A DNA stretch of 63,402 nt, counting the filler, from Octopus bimaculoides (Eukaryota), in the NCBI RefSeq assembly GCF_001194135.2. It is 4 parts of 4 records of this genome, joined end to end, with 100 filler letters (N's around TTAATTAATTAA, not from the genome) between each part and the next. Parts side by side here need not be neighbours in the genome. Positions count along the whole stretch, not along the records: positions 1 to 26,543 come from NC_068986.1; 3 more parts are not named here. One strand, 5' to 3'. The position numbers and the translations under genes were made by a program. Positions 1 through 11,610 of this stretch are shown here, piece after piece (the first letter of the stretch is position 1; each line of letters begins with the position of its first letter). The notes beneath the pieces are model-generated. The model searched no databases and was not told the DNA's origin. It was given only the letters and a program-made list of their open reading frames with translations.

Positions 1-31
<31 letters not shown>

Positions 32-287
32 TTGTCAATTCAAGGAAGTTAGATCCACATTAAGAATTATATAAACCAAAGGATTCCACTGGTTAATCAC
101 TACCATATAATGCAAAAGTGTCTGCAATATGTTAGGGATTATTGTAGTGATGCATATAATTAAGATTGAAAGAAAGTAAATGGAGAAAGATGGATGTATG
201 AATAATTTATTTGTATGATATAAAAGATGCTGAAATTTTTTAAAAACATAACAATACAATACAAATACAAACAATAACAATACAATC

Positions 288-670
288 AAGATCACTCTGA
301 GAGTGCAAACCTCCACCAAGGCAACACCAACGTCCTCTTGATGATTAACCAGAGATGATTTTTAAAATGAGAATGTCTGAAATAAACTTGATTGCTCTCA
401 TAAACGAGAATACTAAAAATGAATCTGACCACTTGCAAAAATTAAGTGAGAAAAAATAGAAAAATTATCCAGAATCCTTCTCCGGAACCAGATTGATCCC
501 AAAATCTAATCAGCTTGTGGCATTCATGAGGCCAAGCATCTTTGAAAGTTTCATCCGAATCTATCCAACGGTTCTTGAGATATCTTGTCCATGGACAAAC
601 AAACAAACAAACAAACAAACAAACACAACTGAAAACAATACTCCCACCTTCGCTTAGGCAGGGGTAATAA
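288..670 (-). mobile_element. Helentron/HINE (DINE-1-like) non-autonomous element
   Basis: Minus-strand TTATTACCCCTGCC-TAAGCGAA-GGTGGGAG hairpin end, (CAAA)n tract near 595-625, subterminal CCTCCACCAAGG, terminal hairpin CACTCTGAGAGTG (293-305); colinear reverse match to 44737-45099. Confidence 0.6.
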
Positions 671-897
671 ATTATAAGCTGTAAAGCTCAAAAAGAAAAT
701 GGGAGATGTGAAAAAAACCTACATATATGTTTCAGTTCTAGCACCTAGTTGATATGCAATTCTAGGCATTTGGTTATATGCTAAGAATGGTATCATTTTT
801 AACTATGTGGGGCAGAACATCTTCAAGGCTATTATGAGCTTATAAAATTAAAGTTAACATTTTTCTTTGATGGATGCATTCAAAATATTCTTCCTTT

Positions 898-932
<35 letters not shown>

Positions 933-976
933 NNNNNNNNNNNNNNNNNNNNNNNNNNNNNNNNNNNNNNNNNNNN

Positions 977-1450
977 ATATACAGGAATAGGATGGAGGAA
1001 GTTCAGAGAGCTATTACCTCTGTTGGCAACAAAAGGACTCTCTCACAGAGTGAAAGGTAGACTGCATGATGCTTGTGTGCAAATGGCTGTACTCCATGGT
1101 TGTGAGACCTGGGCTCTGAATGCAGAAAACTTGTGTAGACTAGAGAGGAATGAAGGTTGTATGCTCCATTGGATGTGCAACATCAGTGTGTATGTATGAC
1201 AGTGCAAATGTGATGAGAGAAAAGTTGGGCGTAAGAGGAATTAGATGTAACATGGAAGAAAAGAAAACTACATTTGTCTGGACTTGTGATGCATATGAAT
1301 GAAGAAGTGCCAATCACTGAAAGTGGCTGGTACCTGTGGTGACCCTGCCGTGCTGATGCCATGAAAAAAGCATCCAGTCCATACTGTAAAGTGGCTGCAT
1401 TTGGAAGGGCATCCAGCTGTAAAAACTATGCCAAAACTGACCTCGCTTGT
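977..1450 (+). mobile_element. RTE-clade LINE, degenerate 3' ORF part and tail
   Basis: GWRKFRELLPLL...KGRLHDACV...LHGCETWAL...LERNE..MLHWMC is typical RTE post-RT sequence; followed by the GGAAGGGCATCCAGCTGTA tail motif. Confidence 0.85.
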
Positions 1451-2729
1451 GCTTGTGTCAGGTAAAAAGCTACTTCATGATTGTGAGCCTGACACTCTAA
1501 CCACTGAGCCATGCACCTTCTGAATATGGATGCAATAGTGTCTGCATATTTGTTTCTGATTCTAACATTTGTCAGAGCTTTCCACTTTATCCAATTCTAT
1601 GTGTACCCCCTGTGGTAGATAGTCTAAGGTTCTAGACAACAAGGTGGTGATCAGACAATAGCTCAACCTGTCTCTTAAGAGGTTAAATGATGTAGTATGA
1701 GGGAAATGTAATGTGAGGAACAAAATATGGTTTACCTGTCTCTCAGTTTCGGCTGTCCAGCTGCATTAAATCCAAGACGCACCCTACCCATTTCATTTAT
1801 CGCTAGAACTTACTGCTAAAGTTCTGCCCCATGCACACATTCACATGTGTCTATCTATGATAACTGGCCAAGGCAGAAAAGGACCTATGCTGATCCTACT
1901 TCTGCCCATGTCCTCACTCTCTCTTCTTCTTCCTGTAAGGTCTCTTGGGCATTGATGCCACTGACCCTTTCCTTCCAGTCACCTCATCCCCACAAATGAA
2001 ATAATTAGTTTCATCTTTCATTAAAGACTCATTATAGATCATCTTCCATGTAGAACTATCTATGGAAAGTGTTCATAAGTTTGCAAGTGGTACAACTTCA
2101 TTCACATAATGATGAAAGTTTGATAGTCTGGAATTTATAACCAGCAGTAAACAATTTCTGATGATGCATTATTACAATATGTAACTAGTTTGTTTATTTC
2201 ATATTCCAAGCAGCTAAAAGGACTGTTTTTTAACCATGGGACCTAATTACACAGCAAGACTAAATATATGTTTTATTAAAGTGATGAGTATGCTTCTATG
2301 TATGTATTTATGAGAGAGACAGAAAGAGAGGAATGAGAAAATAAAATATATTCACAACTCTACATTAGATGATGATCATGATGATATTAAAAATGACAAT
2401 GCAGTGTGAATGATAACAACATTTATGACGATGATGACGATGATGATGATGTATTCACATGATGTTAATATATATGTAACATATATCTATTCATTAATAA
2501 TATATGAGATAATAAGAAACTGTAGCTGTGATAGTTAAAAATATAACAATTGTGTAAAGAGATACTTTTCCTTCTTTGTCTATTTATATCTATAAAATTA
2601 TATATATTGACAGAAAACACAACAGACTATCCATAAACACTCTAGAGTTACAATGGCTGAATTCTGTAGTTTTGGAGGGATGACAAAGAATAACCAAGTA
2701 CACAAAAAAGAGAATGGAGTGAAAACAGG

Positions 2730-3196
2730 TGATGGGGGTTGCTGAAAAGTTCCTGGCTTAAAAGGTATCGCAAAAGGCCTGGTTGGAGACCCAACCTCCT
2801 GAGTTCTTTTACAGGCTAAGAAAAACTGAAGGATTGCTGCAATAAATGCATGAATATGAGAGGGGAAAATATTGAATAAAATGATAATTAACTGATCCTC
2901 CAGTATTTTTTTTTTTACCCAAAGCCAAGAATCTTTCAGAACCCCCTCATAGATTGGTTTGGTATCATAGAATGCTATGAGGGGGTGTTGAAAAGTTCCT
3001 GGCTTGAAGGGTATTGCAAAGGGCCTGGTTGGAGACCCAACCTTTTGAGTTCTTTTACAGAGTTTAGAAAAACTGAAGAGTCACTGCAATAAGTGTGTGA
3101 ATCTGAGAGGGGAATATGTTGAATAAAATCATAATTAACTGATCCTCCTGTATTTTCTTTTACCAAAAGTCAGGAACTTTTCAGAACCCCCTTGTA
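2730..3196 (+). mobile_element. Two tandem mariner-derived MITEs
   Basis: TIR-like GAGGGGG(T)GCTGAAAAGTTCCTGGC...GGAACTTTTCAG(A/C)ACCCCCT with TA flanks; interior encodes a transposase C-terminal remnant (LEKLK..CNKCVNLRGEYVE*). Confidence 0.75.
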
Positions 3197-3384
3197 GTTT
3201 GGTTTGGAACCATAGCATGCTAAATTACAATATATCGATATATCACTGCCTCAACCAAACTATCCAATGCTGTTGCACACCAAAGTTCACAATGCACTTC
3301 CTTGCGTTGTTGTAGTTTTCAAATGATGCCACTCTACTGGATAGGTAAGCCTATTGACATATAAGTGACCAAGATCATGACATT

Positions 3385-3550
3385 CCCCCCAAAAGGGATA
3401 CCAGTCCATCACAAGGTTTACAGCTTCAGCATTTACGGCTGAGTGGACTGGAGCAATGTGAAATGAAGTGTGTTGCTCAAGAACACAATGCACTTCCTAC
3501 TCTGGGAATTGAAGCCACTATCTTATAATCATGAGTGCAACACCCTAAAT
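3385..3550 (-). mobile_element. tRNA-derived SINE (CTTGAGCAA-core family), decayed
   Basis: Reverse of CTTGAGCAAxACACTTCATTTCACATTGCTCCAGTCCACTCAGC core with a B-box-like head; related to 6905-7160 and 33626-33957. Confidence 0.7.
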
Positions 3551-3987
3551 ACTAGAACATGCTACAGTATATATGGTATGATTAGTAATGGTCACCATCA
3601 AATAGCATCATCATCATCATCATCATCCTCACTGTCCTCATTACCATCATTGTCATCATTATCATCATTGTTGTTGTTATTATTGTTATCATTATCATCA
3701 TTGTTGTTATCATCATCATCATCATAATCACCGTCATCATCATCAGTGTTTTAATTTCCACTTTTCTATGCTCACATGAGTTGGGCAGAATTTGTTGAGG
3801 TGGAACTTTTTATGGCCGATGCCTTTTCTGTTGCCAACTCTTACCTGTTACCAAATAAGGTGATATGTCTCCCTGACCAGACTTGTTTCCATGGATGATC
3901 AGAAATGAAGGACACTGCCTGCATGATAGTGATGCTTGTTTACAATTACCCTGTGATATCCAGACAAGAAGACAATAACACACACCT

Positions 3988-4255
3988 TTTATCTTCTATC
4001 TTTTACTTGTTTCAGTCATTTGTCTGGGGCCATGCTGGGGCACCACCTTGAACAGTTTTTAGTCTTATGTTTTTAAGCCTAGTACTTATTCTATGACAGG
4101 CTTCTTTCTGTTTCCTTCTATCAAATCCACTCACAAGGCTTTGGTTGACCTGAGGCTGTAATAGAAAACACTTTCCCAAGGTGCCATGCTGCTAGACTGA
4201 ACCCGGAACCATGTGGTTGGGAAGCAAACTTCTTACCACACAGCCTACACCTATA
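3988..4255 (-). mobile_element. Major octopus-type SINE (family A), internally deleted
   Basis: Reverse of GGCTGTGTGGTAAG...GGCACCTTGGG-AAGTGT head and CCAGCATGGCC..ACTGAAACAAGTAAAAGA tail. Confidence 0.85.
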
Positions 4256-4477
4256 CAAGACAATTCAATGAATATTTCTTGAAATAATATACTGTATAGA
4301 GTGATAGTTACTCCTTGTGGACCAAATATTCTGGTAATTTAAATAATTGTAACTTCTGTAGCATATAAACCTTCAAGAACTGCCCTGTGCCTAGGGCTTC
4401 TCACTAATCACTCATAACATTGATTTTTCACACTAAGTAAAGTAGTAAGCCAAACAGAAATAAGGAGAATCTCTTAC

Positions 4478-4562
4478 CGAGCAGTTTTCTGTACTAATTC
4501 AAAAGGAAAGTCAGAACACAGCAGACAGATCAATGAATGGTATTCTTGTATGGTAAGTAAAT
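4478..4562 (-). CDS. CSTPP1: CSTPP1/C11orf49 ortholog, coding exon 4
   Basis: TTTTCAG|AT TTA CTT...GCT CG|GTAAG, 85 nt. Encodes (D)LLTIQEYHSLICLLCSDFPFELVQKTA(R), versus human DLLTMKEYHCLLQLLCPDFPLELTQKAAR (recalled sequence). Phase fits exon 3. Confidence 0.92.
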
Positions 4563-5719
4563 CTGAAAATATTAATTTTTATGTATATAAGAAAAAGAAA
4601 TAAAGAAAGATTAGAATTCTAAACAGCCTTTTACAAAATTCTTCATTTTTACATATACTATTGACAGAACAGTGCTATAGATTTTTTCTAAAAGTCTTCA
4701 GTTAGAAATTTGAATCATAAACTAGAATGATTCTATGTTCAAGACATTAATTGGTGTTGCAAAACTGAAAAGAATTTTGTCTGTTCATATTGTTATAAGG
4801 AGAAAGGGATGAAGAATAACAAGCAGATTTTACTTAGTCAATGACCCAGACTTTAACACTTGCTGCGATGTTAGCCACCACAACGGATGTTTCCCTACTG
4901 GTGATAGGTACAGACAGAAACATTAACATTTATCTAATTAATACTGATTTATACACAACTTGAAGTGAATAGCTCTGTTGGTGATTTAGTTTTCATTTGG
5001 TCTTCATTCATTTGTCATGAATCCACAAAACTCAGCTATCAGAAGTAGACAGAAGAATGAAAAGAAGAAACGAGATTGGGGAAATTGGCACAGTTACAGA
5101 AGCAAAGGTGTTTGAATATACATAAGTTAGCAGGGGGTAAAGATGCTGTTTTGAAAGGGGACTACTGAAAAGAGAGATGTATTATGAATGGCAAGGTACT
5201 GAAAGGCAGGTTCAGTATGCTGTTCTAGGATAAAAATGAAGCTGACAAATTCAATAGATTTGAAGTTCCATATGTTTGGAGTAAAAAAAAAAATTAAGGT
5301 AATGGTGGAAACTTCTTGAGCCAAATATTTATGTTATTCTAAAGAATTTGGAATTCTTAATTTATGTTTGGGCTTTTTCATAAATTCCTATTTATTTGCA
5401 CACCTTTTCAACAAATCTGGAGAATATAGAGTGAAATATGACAGTATTAACATTTTGACATACAATATATACATTATTTACTCTGATTTGTTTGTTGCGT
5501 TACTTACTTGCTTGTTAGCTTATATTGAATTCAGTTTGAAAGAAACATAGTTCTTGATTCCTAATATGATTAATTAACATTTATATTTTGCTATTGATAA
5601 AGTATTTTTAATCCTTAGTGGGAATATAATGAAGATATTTAGCATTGAAAGGAATAAATGTCAGGCAGATTTTGTTAAGAAAGTTTCTAAATTAACAATA
5701 TAAGGAGAAATTAAAATAT

Positions 5720-6420
5720 ATATATATATATATATCAATGGTCTTGATGAAGACATATTGGATACCTGGAAAAATTCATGGTTTTATTATAAAGGAATCA
5801 GAGAAAGCACTATATATGAGGAAAAGTATTAAGATAGAGTAAAAGTTCAAGCAGTAAAGAAGCTTTTAATTCAGTTAAAAAAAAACAAAAAACAATTCAA
5901 CAGCAAGCTCTTATGAAAAAGGAAAACAATTTTAATTTCTAAAAAAGAAACCTATAAGTTGATATATTTTTGGGATTTTGTTAAATTTCTTCCAACAACT
6001 TGAAGTACTTCAAATTTACATCAAATTATTTTCAAAAGAATGTAGTTTTGCATGTTGATGACAAAATCTAGAACTTGATAATAAAGAAGTTACAAGAATT
6101 TGAAGTTACGTTGTTTAAGCCAATTGGAAGCATCCATTGCTGATGTCAAAAGTCGCAACTGTTTATTCTCACAGCAAAAGAAAATGCCTATATCTGTGTT
6201 TAAGTGAAAAAGGACATGGCTGGAAGGGAGTGCTCTTCATCTTAGGAGTTTAATTTTGTGATTGCACTGCTAAGTGCAACAATCTTTTCTACTAGGAACA
6301 ACAATTTACAGCCACCTGTGGTGAGTATACTTGCACATTCCTGAGATACCAGGCTACCAATTTCAATATTGAATGGTGAACCACAGTAGGCTTCCAATAT
6401 GTCAGCAATGGAAGCTTCTG
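5720..6420 (+). mobile_element. Possible heavily decayed hAT-type transposase remnant
   Basis: Broken frames include FNFVIALLSATIFSTRNNNLQPPVVSI, resembling the hAT F.F..AL....IL......LQ...VD motif; many stops. Confidence 0.3.
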
Positions 6421-6904
6421 ACTTAGGAAAATTACATGACTTTAAATACCTGTAATCTCTTTAATTTCTAGAGAAAAAAATGAATGCAATTTTCCTCATC
6501 AGCATGCAAAACTACATTAGTGAAGAAAATTTGAAAAAAAAATCTGAAATACTTCAACTGCTAGGAAAAAACTTTAACAAGATCCTATTCGTTAAATATA
6601 TGATCTGATAATTGTAGTCTCAGAATTAATAATCTACTTATTGGATAATTAAAAGAAATTGTCTCAGTTAAAAATTCCCTTTTTTTTTTTGTTTTTTTTC
6701 AGAAGACAATGACCATCTAGATTGTGGTAAAATATTTCCATCTAGAATCTACCCATCTTTGATTTTTTTTTGCACTTTCCTACATGCAGGCATGACTATG
6801 TGTTTAAGAAGCTCACTCTGCAACCACATGGCTTCAGGTTCAGTCCCAATGTGTGGCACCATGGGTAAATGTCTTCTACTATTGTGCTAGTCAATACCTT
6901 GTAG

Positions 6905-7160
6905 GTAAAGGTAAAGTTACCTTCTCGAGTCATACTGACTCATAAGGGCTGCTTTCCAAATTTCATGGCGTATATACTCCCCACCTGGACAGGACGCCGG
7001 TCTGTAATAAGATTATTTATTTTTGCTAACTGAGTGGACTGGAGCAATGTGAAATGAAGTGTTTTGCTCAAGAACGCAATGCACTACTCAATCCAGGAAT
7101 CGAAACCACAACCTTACGATCATGAATCCAACACCCTAACCACTAAGTAACGTGCCTCCA
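6905..7160 (-). mobile_element. tRNA-derived SINE with (CTTTAC)n-type tail
   Basis: GTAAAGGTAAAG tail on plus, CTGGACAGGACGCC segment, reverse A/B-box head (GGTTTCGATTCC). Confidence 0.75.
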
Positions 7161-7349
7161 CATCAAAATCTCGGGCATAAATGTGATAAAAAGTAACTGT
7201 ATGAAAGCCTAGTGTGTATGTTTATATATATATATATATATATATATACAGCTAGATAGACAAGTTGATAGTATATCATCATCATCATCATTTATCGTCT
7301 GTTTTCCATGCTGACAAGGGTTGGATGGTTTGACAGGAGCTGGAGGGCC

Positions 7350-7585
7350 ATGATAAATAAGAGAGAGCTAAGAAGCGAACCCTGGTAGACTCCTACTTGT
7401 ACACTAAACTCCTTAATATACTCATTGATGACTCTCACCTTACTAACAGCATCCCTGTACATGGCTTTAACAGCTCTCACTAACCACTCATCTATGCCTA
7501 GTTTCTGCATTACCCACCAGATAAGGTCCATGTCAACAAAAGCCAGATACACAGGTTTATCTGGGTTTTGTTGACAGGCAAACCT
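7350..7585 (-). mobile_element. RTE LINE reverse-transcriptase fragment
   Basis: YLAFVD...LGIDEWLVRAVKAMY...GVYQGSLLSSLLF (RT motifs). Confidence 0.9.
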
Positions 7586-8223
7586 CTGTATCTGGCTTAG
7601 ACAAGTAGATAGTACATGAATCTGGCACCACCATCATCTTCTGCCAAGCCAAACCCATTCTTAGACTTAATTGTTTCTTCTCTGATAAGATATTTTCAGT
7701 AAATCAACCCACAACCCAAATCTGCTATTCTGTTCTCTAATTCCTTTCCATTTTGTGTCACTAATTTGGACTTCAGTTCAATATCTGAAGAGCTGTGGCA
7801 CTTTTCCTTTACTTTGATCAATAAATCTTCTCCTTACTTATTCTTCTTAATCGCATTTCACCTCCAACGTAATTCTCCTCTTACTTCTCCGTCTCTTCCT
7901 CTCTCTCACCCAGTACACCTCTCTCACACATTCACAGACAATCTTCATTACCACAAGACTTCAGTAGCTGAAGGATACAATTTTCTTTTTCTCTCCAATA
8001 AAAGACTTGGTCTTAAATGTCAGAACTTCCATTTCCCAAAAGAATATGAACAGAAAAAAAAGTTTTATGTTACCAAATAAAAAAATGTTTGCAGACATAG
8101 ATTACTATTAATTTCTTTGGATTCTATTTTTCTTTCTTTTACTCTATAATTACTAGTGACTTAGTAAACATATCTCACAAGATCAAGACACACAGACAGT
8201 GTCAGCTTGAACATGATCTAAGG

Positions 8224-8485
8224 CAGAGACTCTCAACTGGGATCCATATGACCTTTGGGGATCCATATAAGACAGTTTGGTGTTAAAATTTATGTGCAAT
8301 GAATTGCTTATACTTCTATAATATAAAACACAAAATATGTTAACAATTTCTTATACAATTCCTAATAATATTTAATTACAAAAAAATATAATTGGATTTT
8401 ATAAACATCAAATGGCTATGAGGGTCTAACCGAATAAAATAAGAATCAAGAAGGTCAACAGGCAAAAATTAGTTGAGAAACACTG
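8224..8485. mobile_element. hAT (Charlie-like) MITE
   Basis: Ends CAGAGACTCTCAAC / TTGAGAAACACTG; imperfect 8-bp TSD ATCTAAGG/TTCTTAGG; same family as 18013-18654 and 27481-27620. Confidence 0.7.
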
Positions 8486-9143
8486 TTCTTAGGTTTCCCT
8501 ACATGGACAATCCATAGCCTTTTCAGGCCTACTCAGAAGATTTACTTTCTTTACTGTTTGGTTAGGAAGGGAAAGGTAGTGCCCAAGGCTTTTTGTTTTA
8601 TTTTTCAGGAGCTCTGATACATGTGGAAGAAACTAATCCTCAAATTGGAGTCCTGGCTTCAATGCTTGGTTAGGGAGGGAAAGACAGTACCCAAGACTCT
8701 TTGTTTTATTTTGCAAGGGCTCTGATTCTTATGGGAGAAACTGATCCTCAAACTGGAGACCTGACCTCAATGCTTGCAACATAGTGAACTCTACTAAAGG
8801 CACTCAAGATGCTAGGTCTTGGTATTAACTGTTTAACATTCAAACTATTCTATCAAATGCAGTGCTTATTTACTCATTGTTTTGAAATTAATCATGATTT
8901 ATCTCATAGCTTCAAGATTTCGATGATTTGACTGTTTATTGTTAGAATGACATTGTAAGGTAAGTGTGAGAGGCTGGATCTGGTCAGTTTGAAAATTAAA
9001 AAGTTCAATAAGATTTGTTTAAATGCTAAAGGTTAAACTAGGTAATGGATTAAAATCACCCCTTAGGAACACATAACAAAGCATTGGAACAAATATGACC
9101 AGGTAGTTCATTTACCCTGCCTTGTCAACTTTTTCCCTTCAAG

Positions 9144-9549
9144 ATGTAGGAGTGGCTGTGTGGTAAGCAGCTTGCTTATGAACCACATGATTCCATGTTC
9201 AGTCCCACTGCGTGGTGCCTTGGGCAAGTGTCTTCTACTATAGCCTTGGGCCGACCAAAGCTTTGTGAGTGGATTTGGTAGACAGAAACTGAAAAAAGCC
9301 TGTTGTATATATGTAAGTGTGTGTATATGTTTGTGTGTCTGTGTTTGTCCCCCCAACATCACTTGACAACCAATGCTGGTGTGTTTACGTCCCCGTAACT
9401 TAGCGGTTCAGCAAAAGAGACTGATAGAATAAGTACTAGGCTTACAAAGAATAAGTCCTGGGGTCGATTTGCTCGATTAAAAGGCGGTGCTCCAGCATGG
9501 CCACAGTCAAATGACTGAAACAAGTAAAAGTGTATAAGAGTAAAGAGTA
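9144..9549 (+). mobile_element. Family A SINE, full length with internal microsatellite
   Basis: tRNA-like head, central GGCACCTTGGGCAAGTGTC-type core, (GT/AT)n insert, ATAAGTCCTGGGGTCGAT segment, GTAAAAGAGT-type tail. Confidence 0.9.
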
Positions 9550-9939
9550 ACCATGCCAAAACAGACAATGGAAGCTGGTCAGCTCCTGTCAAACTGTCCA
9601 CTCCATGCAAGCATAGAAAATGGATATTAAGTGACAATGATGATGATGATTTTAATAATTCTACCAATCTACCACACCACTTGGGACAAATTTTTGTATT
9701 TTATCAACCTCCAAAAGGATGAAAGGTAAAGCTGATTTTGGCAGGATTTGAACTCAGAACACAAAGAGCTGGAATGAACACCACAAAGCATTTTGTTCTA
9801 TAGTAATTATTCTGCAAATTCAGACATTTGCGGATATTTGAAGAGGAAGCATGTACAGAAATACAGTTCCATTGGGGAAGGTTGGTATGCTTTTGGTCAA
9901 AGATCTGCTCAATAAGGGTAAACATAGGGATTAACAACA

Positions 9940-10054
9940 ACACCACTACCATCACCACCACCAACAACAACAGCAACAACAGCAGCAGCAGCTACAACAA
10001 CAACAGCAACAACAACAACAGCAGCAGCAGCAACAGCAGCAACAACAGCAACAG

Positions 10055-10085
<31 letters not shown>

Positions 10086-10106
10086 AATAATAGCAAGAAT
10101 AATAAC
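9940..10106. repeat. Compound (CAA/CAG/TAA)n trinucleotide microsatellite
   Basis: Directly visible; begins 4 nt from the exon 3 donor. Confidence 0.95.
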
Positions 10107-10110
10107 AAAC

Positions 10111-10241
10111 CTCCTTTCTTCCCAACTTGCTGAAAACATTTCCAGAACAATTTAATGAAAGATTTTCTGTTGTGTAGTGTAGCATTAATGAATTCAAATT
10201 CTCGGAACATGACATGAGTACCATTCTTTACGCTCTGGAAA
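10111..10241 (-). CDS. CSTPP1: CSTPP1/C11orf49 ortholog, coding exon 3
   Basis: TTACTAG|T TTC CAG AGC...AAA GGA G|GTTTGT, 131 nt. Encodes (Y)FQSVKNGTHVMFREFEFINATLHNRKSFIKLFWKCFQQVGKKG, versus human YFNSVCQGTHILFREFSFVQATPHNRVSFLRAFWRCFRTVGKNG. Confidence 0.93.
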
Positions 10242-10244
10242 CTA

Positions 10245-10279
<35 letters not shown>

Positions 10280-10284
<5 letters not shown>

Positions 10285-11610
10285 CACTGGTAATTGCACA
10301 ACCTAATAATTGCTACCTCATATGAGTGACAATGAAAAAACAAAATATTGTAAATAACGGTGGTAATGAAACTGAAGCCAATAATGGTGACAGTGCTACA
10401 CCCGGTAGGCTCAGAGATTCTGGTCTGGCTCCAGCCTGTCGATATCCAGAAAAGGACCACTACACATGGCGTAGATGGAGCAAACAAATTAATGCTGTGG
10501 TCATGGAGTGTTACTACCTGAGTAACCCGGTAGATGAAAATGGTGCTCAAATTAGGGGTTACCAACAACGTATGTATGTTCATTGGAGAGAAAAGGGATT
10601 GTTTCAACTCATGGAACAGAGACTATGTGATCACGCTAGAGCAATAAGAAAAAATTGTTGGTTCACAGAAGTAGAGCTCGAAGCTATCAAAAGACGGGTC
10701 ATGGAAAACAGCAATAAAACTAATAGCGAAATGACAGATGAACAAAAGGCAATCTACGACAGAATAAAGATAAGACTACATGAGAATGATAGTGACATTA
10801 TTTGCAACCTTAAAAAGGTTGATCGATGGAAATTGAACTAAGAAACGAAAAATGTGAATGAAATTCTGAAATACATCAGAACAAACAACATCACAGAAAT
10901 AAATAATTTGATCAAGGCAGCAAGTATTGTTGTAGCAGAAAATGTGGGTGTCAATGTCAAGAAAAAGAAACGTAATGGGAGTTATAAAAGAAAAGATCCA
11001 TGGTGGAAAAGAAGAATCCAGGCAGGGTTAGACATGCTCTCGAAGGAAATCTCTGTGTTAGACCAAAAAGAGAAAGGGGAGCTTAAAAGCAAACAAAAAT
11101 ACAGGGCACTGAAAAGGAAGTATAATATTGAAAGAAAGGACCTGAAAGTAGTAGTGGAGGAACTAAAACAGCACCATGCTGCAAAGAGAGCAAAGATGGT
11201 AAGATACGACCAAAGAATGAAGGGTTACCACCAGAATAGGTTATTCAGAGTAGATGAGAAGAGATTCTATAAAGAAATAAATGAAGGATGTACAGATGAA
11301 AAGTTGATACTAAATAACATTGAAAGTCAAAGGTTTTGGAGTGACATCTGGAAGAAAGACAAGGAACACAAGAAGGATGCTGAATGGTTGCAAGAACTGA
11401 AACAAACAGTAGTCTGTCCAAAACAGGCAGAACTAGTCATTTCAGTTAGGGAAGTGAAGGAAATCAGCAAAAAAAAAAATGAGCAAACTGGAAGGCCCCA
11501 GGACCAGATGGAGTTCAAGGCTACTGGATCAAAAGATTTGGTGAATGTCATGCACGAATAGCTGCGCAACTCAACACCTTGTTAAATGCCGACCAAGCAA
11601 CACCAGAGCG
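10280..11610 (+). mobile_element. R4/Dong-clade non-LTR retrotransposon, 5' part (family 1), degenerate
   Basis: Follows (TAA)n. N-terminus RRWSKQ...MECYY..P...RGY..RM...W...EQRL.D.ARAIRKN.W...EL; then PWWKRR; YHQNRLF..D.KRFY; NWKAPGPDGVQGYW after a frameshift. Confidence 0.85.

Noticed and set aside
1-4477. CSTPP1 exon 5 (expected IVLMDD...FQIQF-like)
   Set aside because: No matching minus-strand frame with splice sites found; probably beyond the window edge.
10235-10237. CAG as the exon 3 acceptor
   Set aside because: Gives the wrong phase for exon 2; the TAG 7 nt upstream restores YFQSV.
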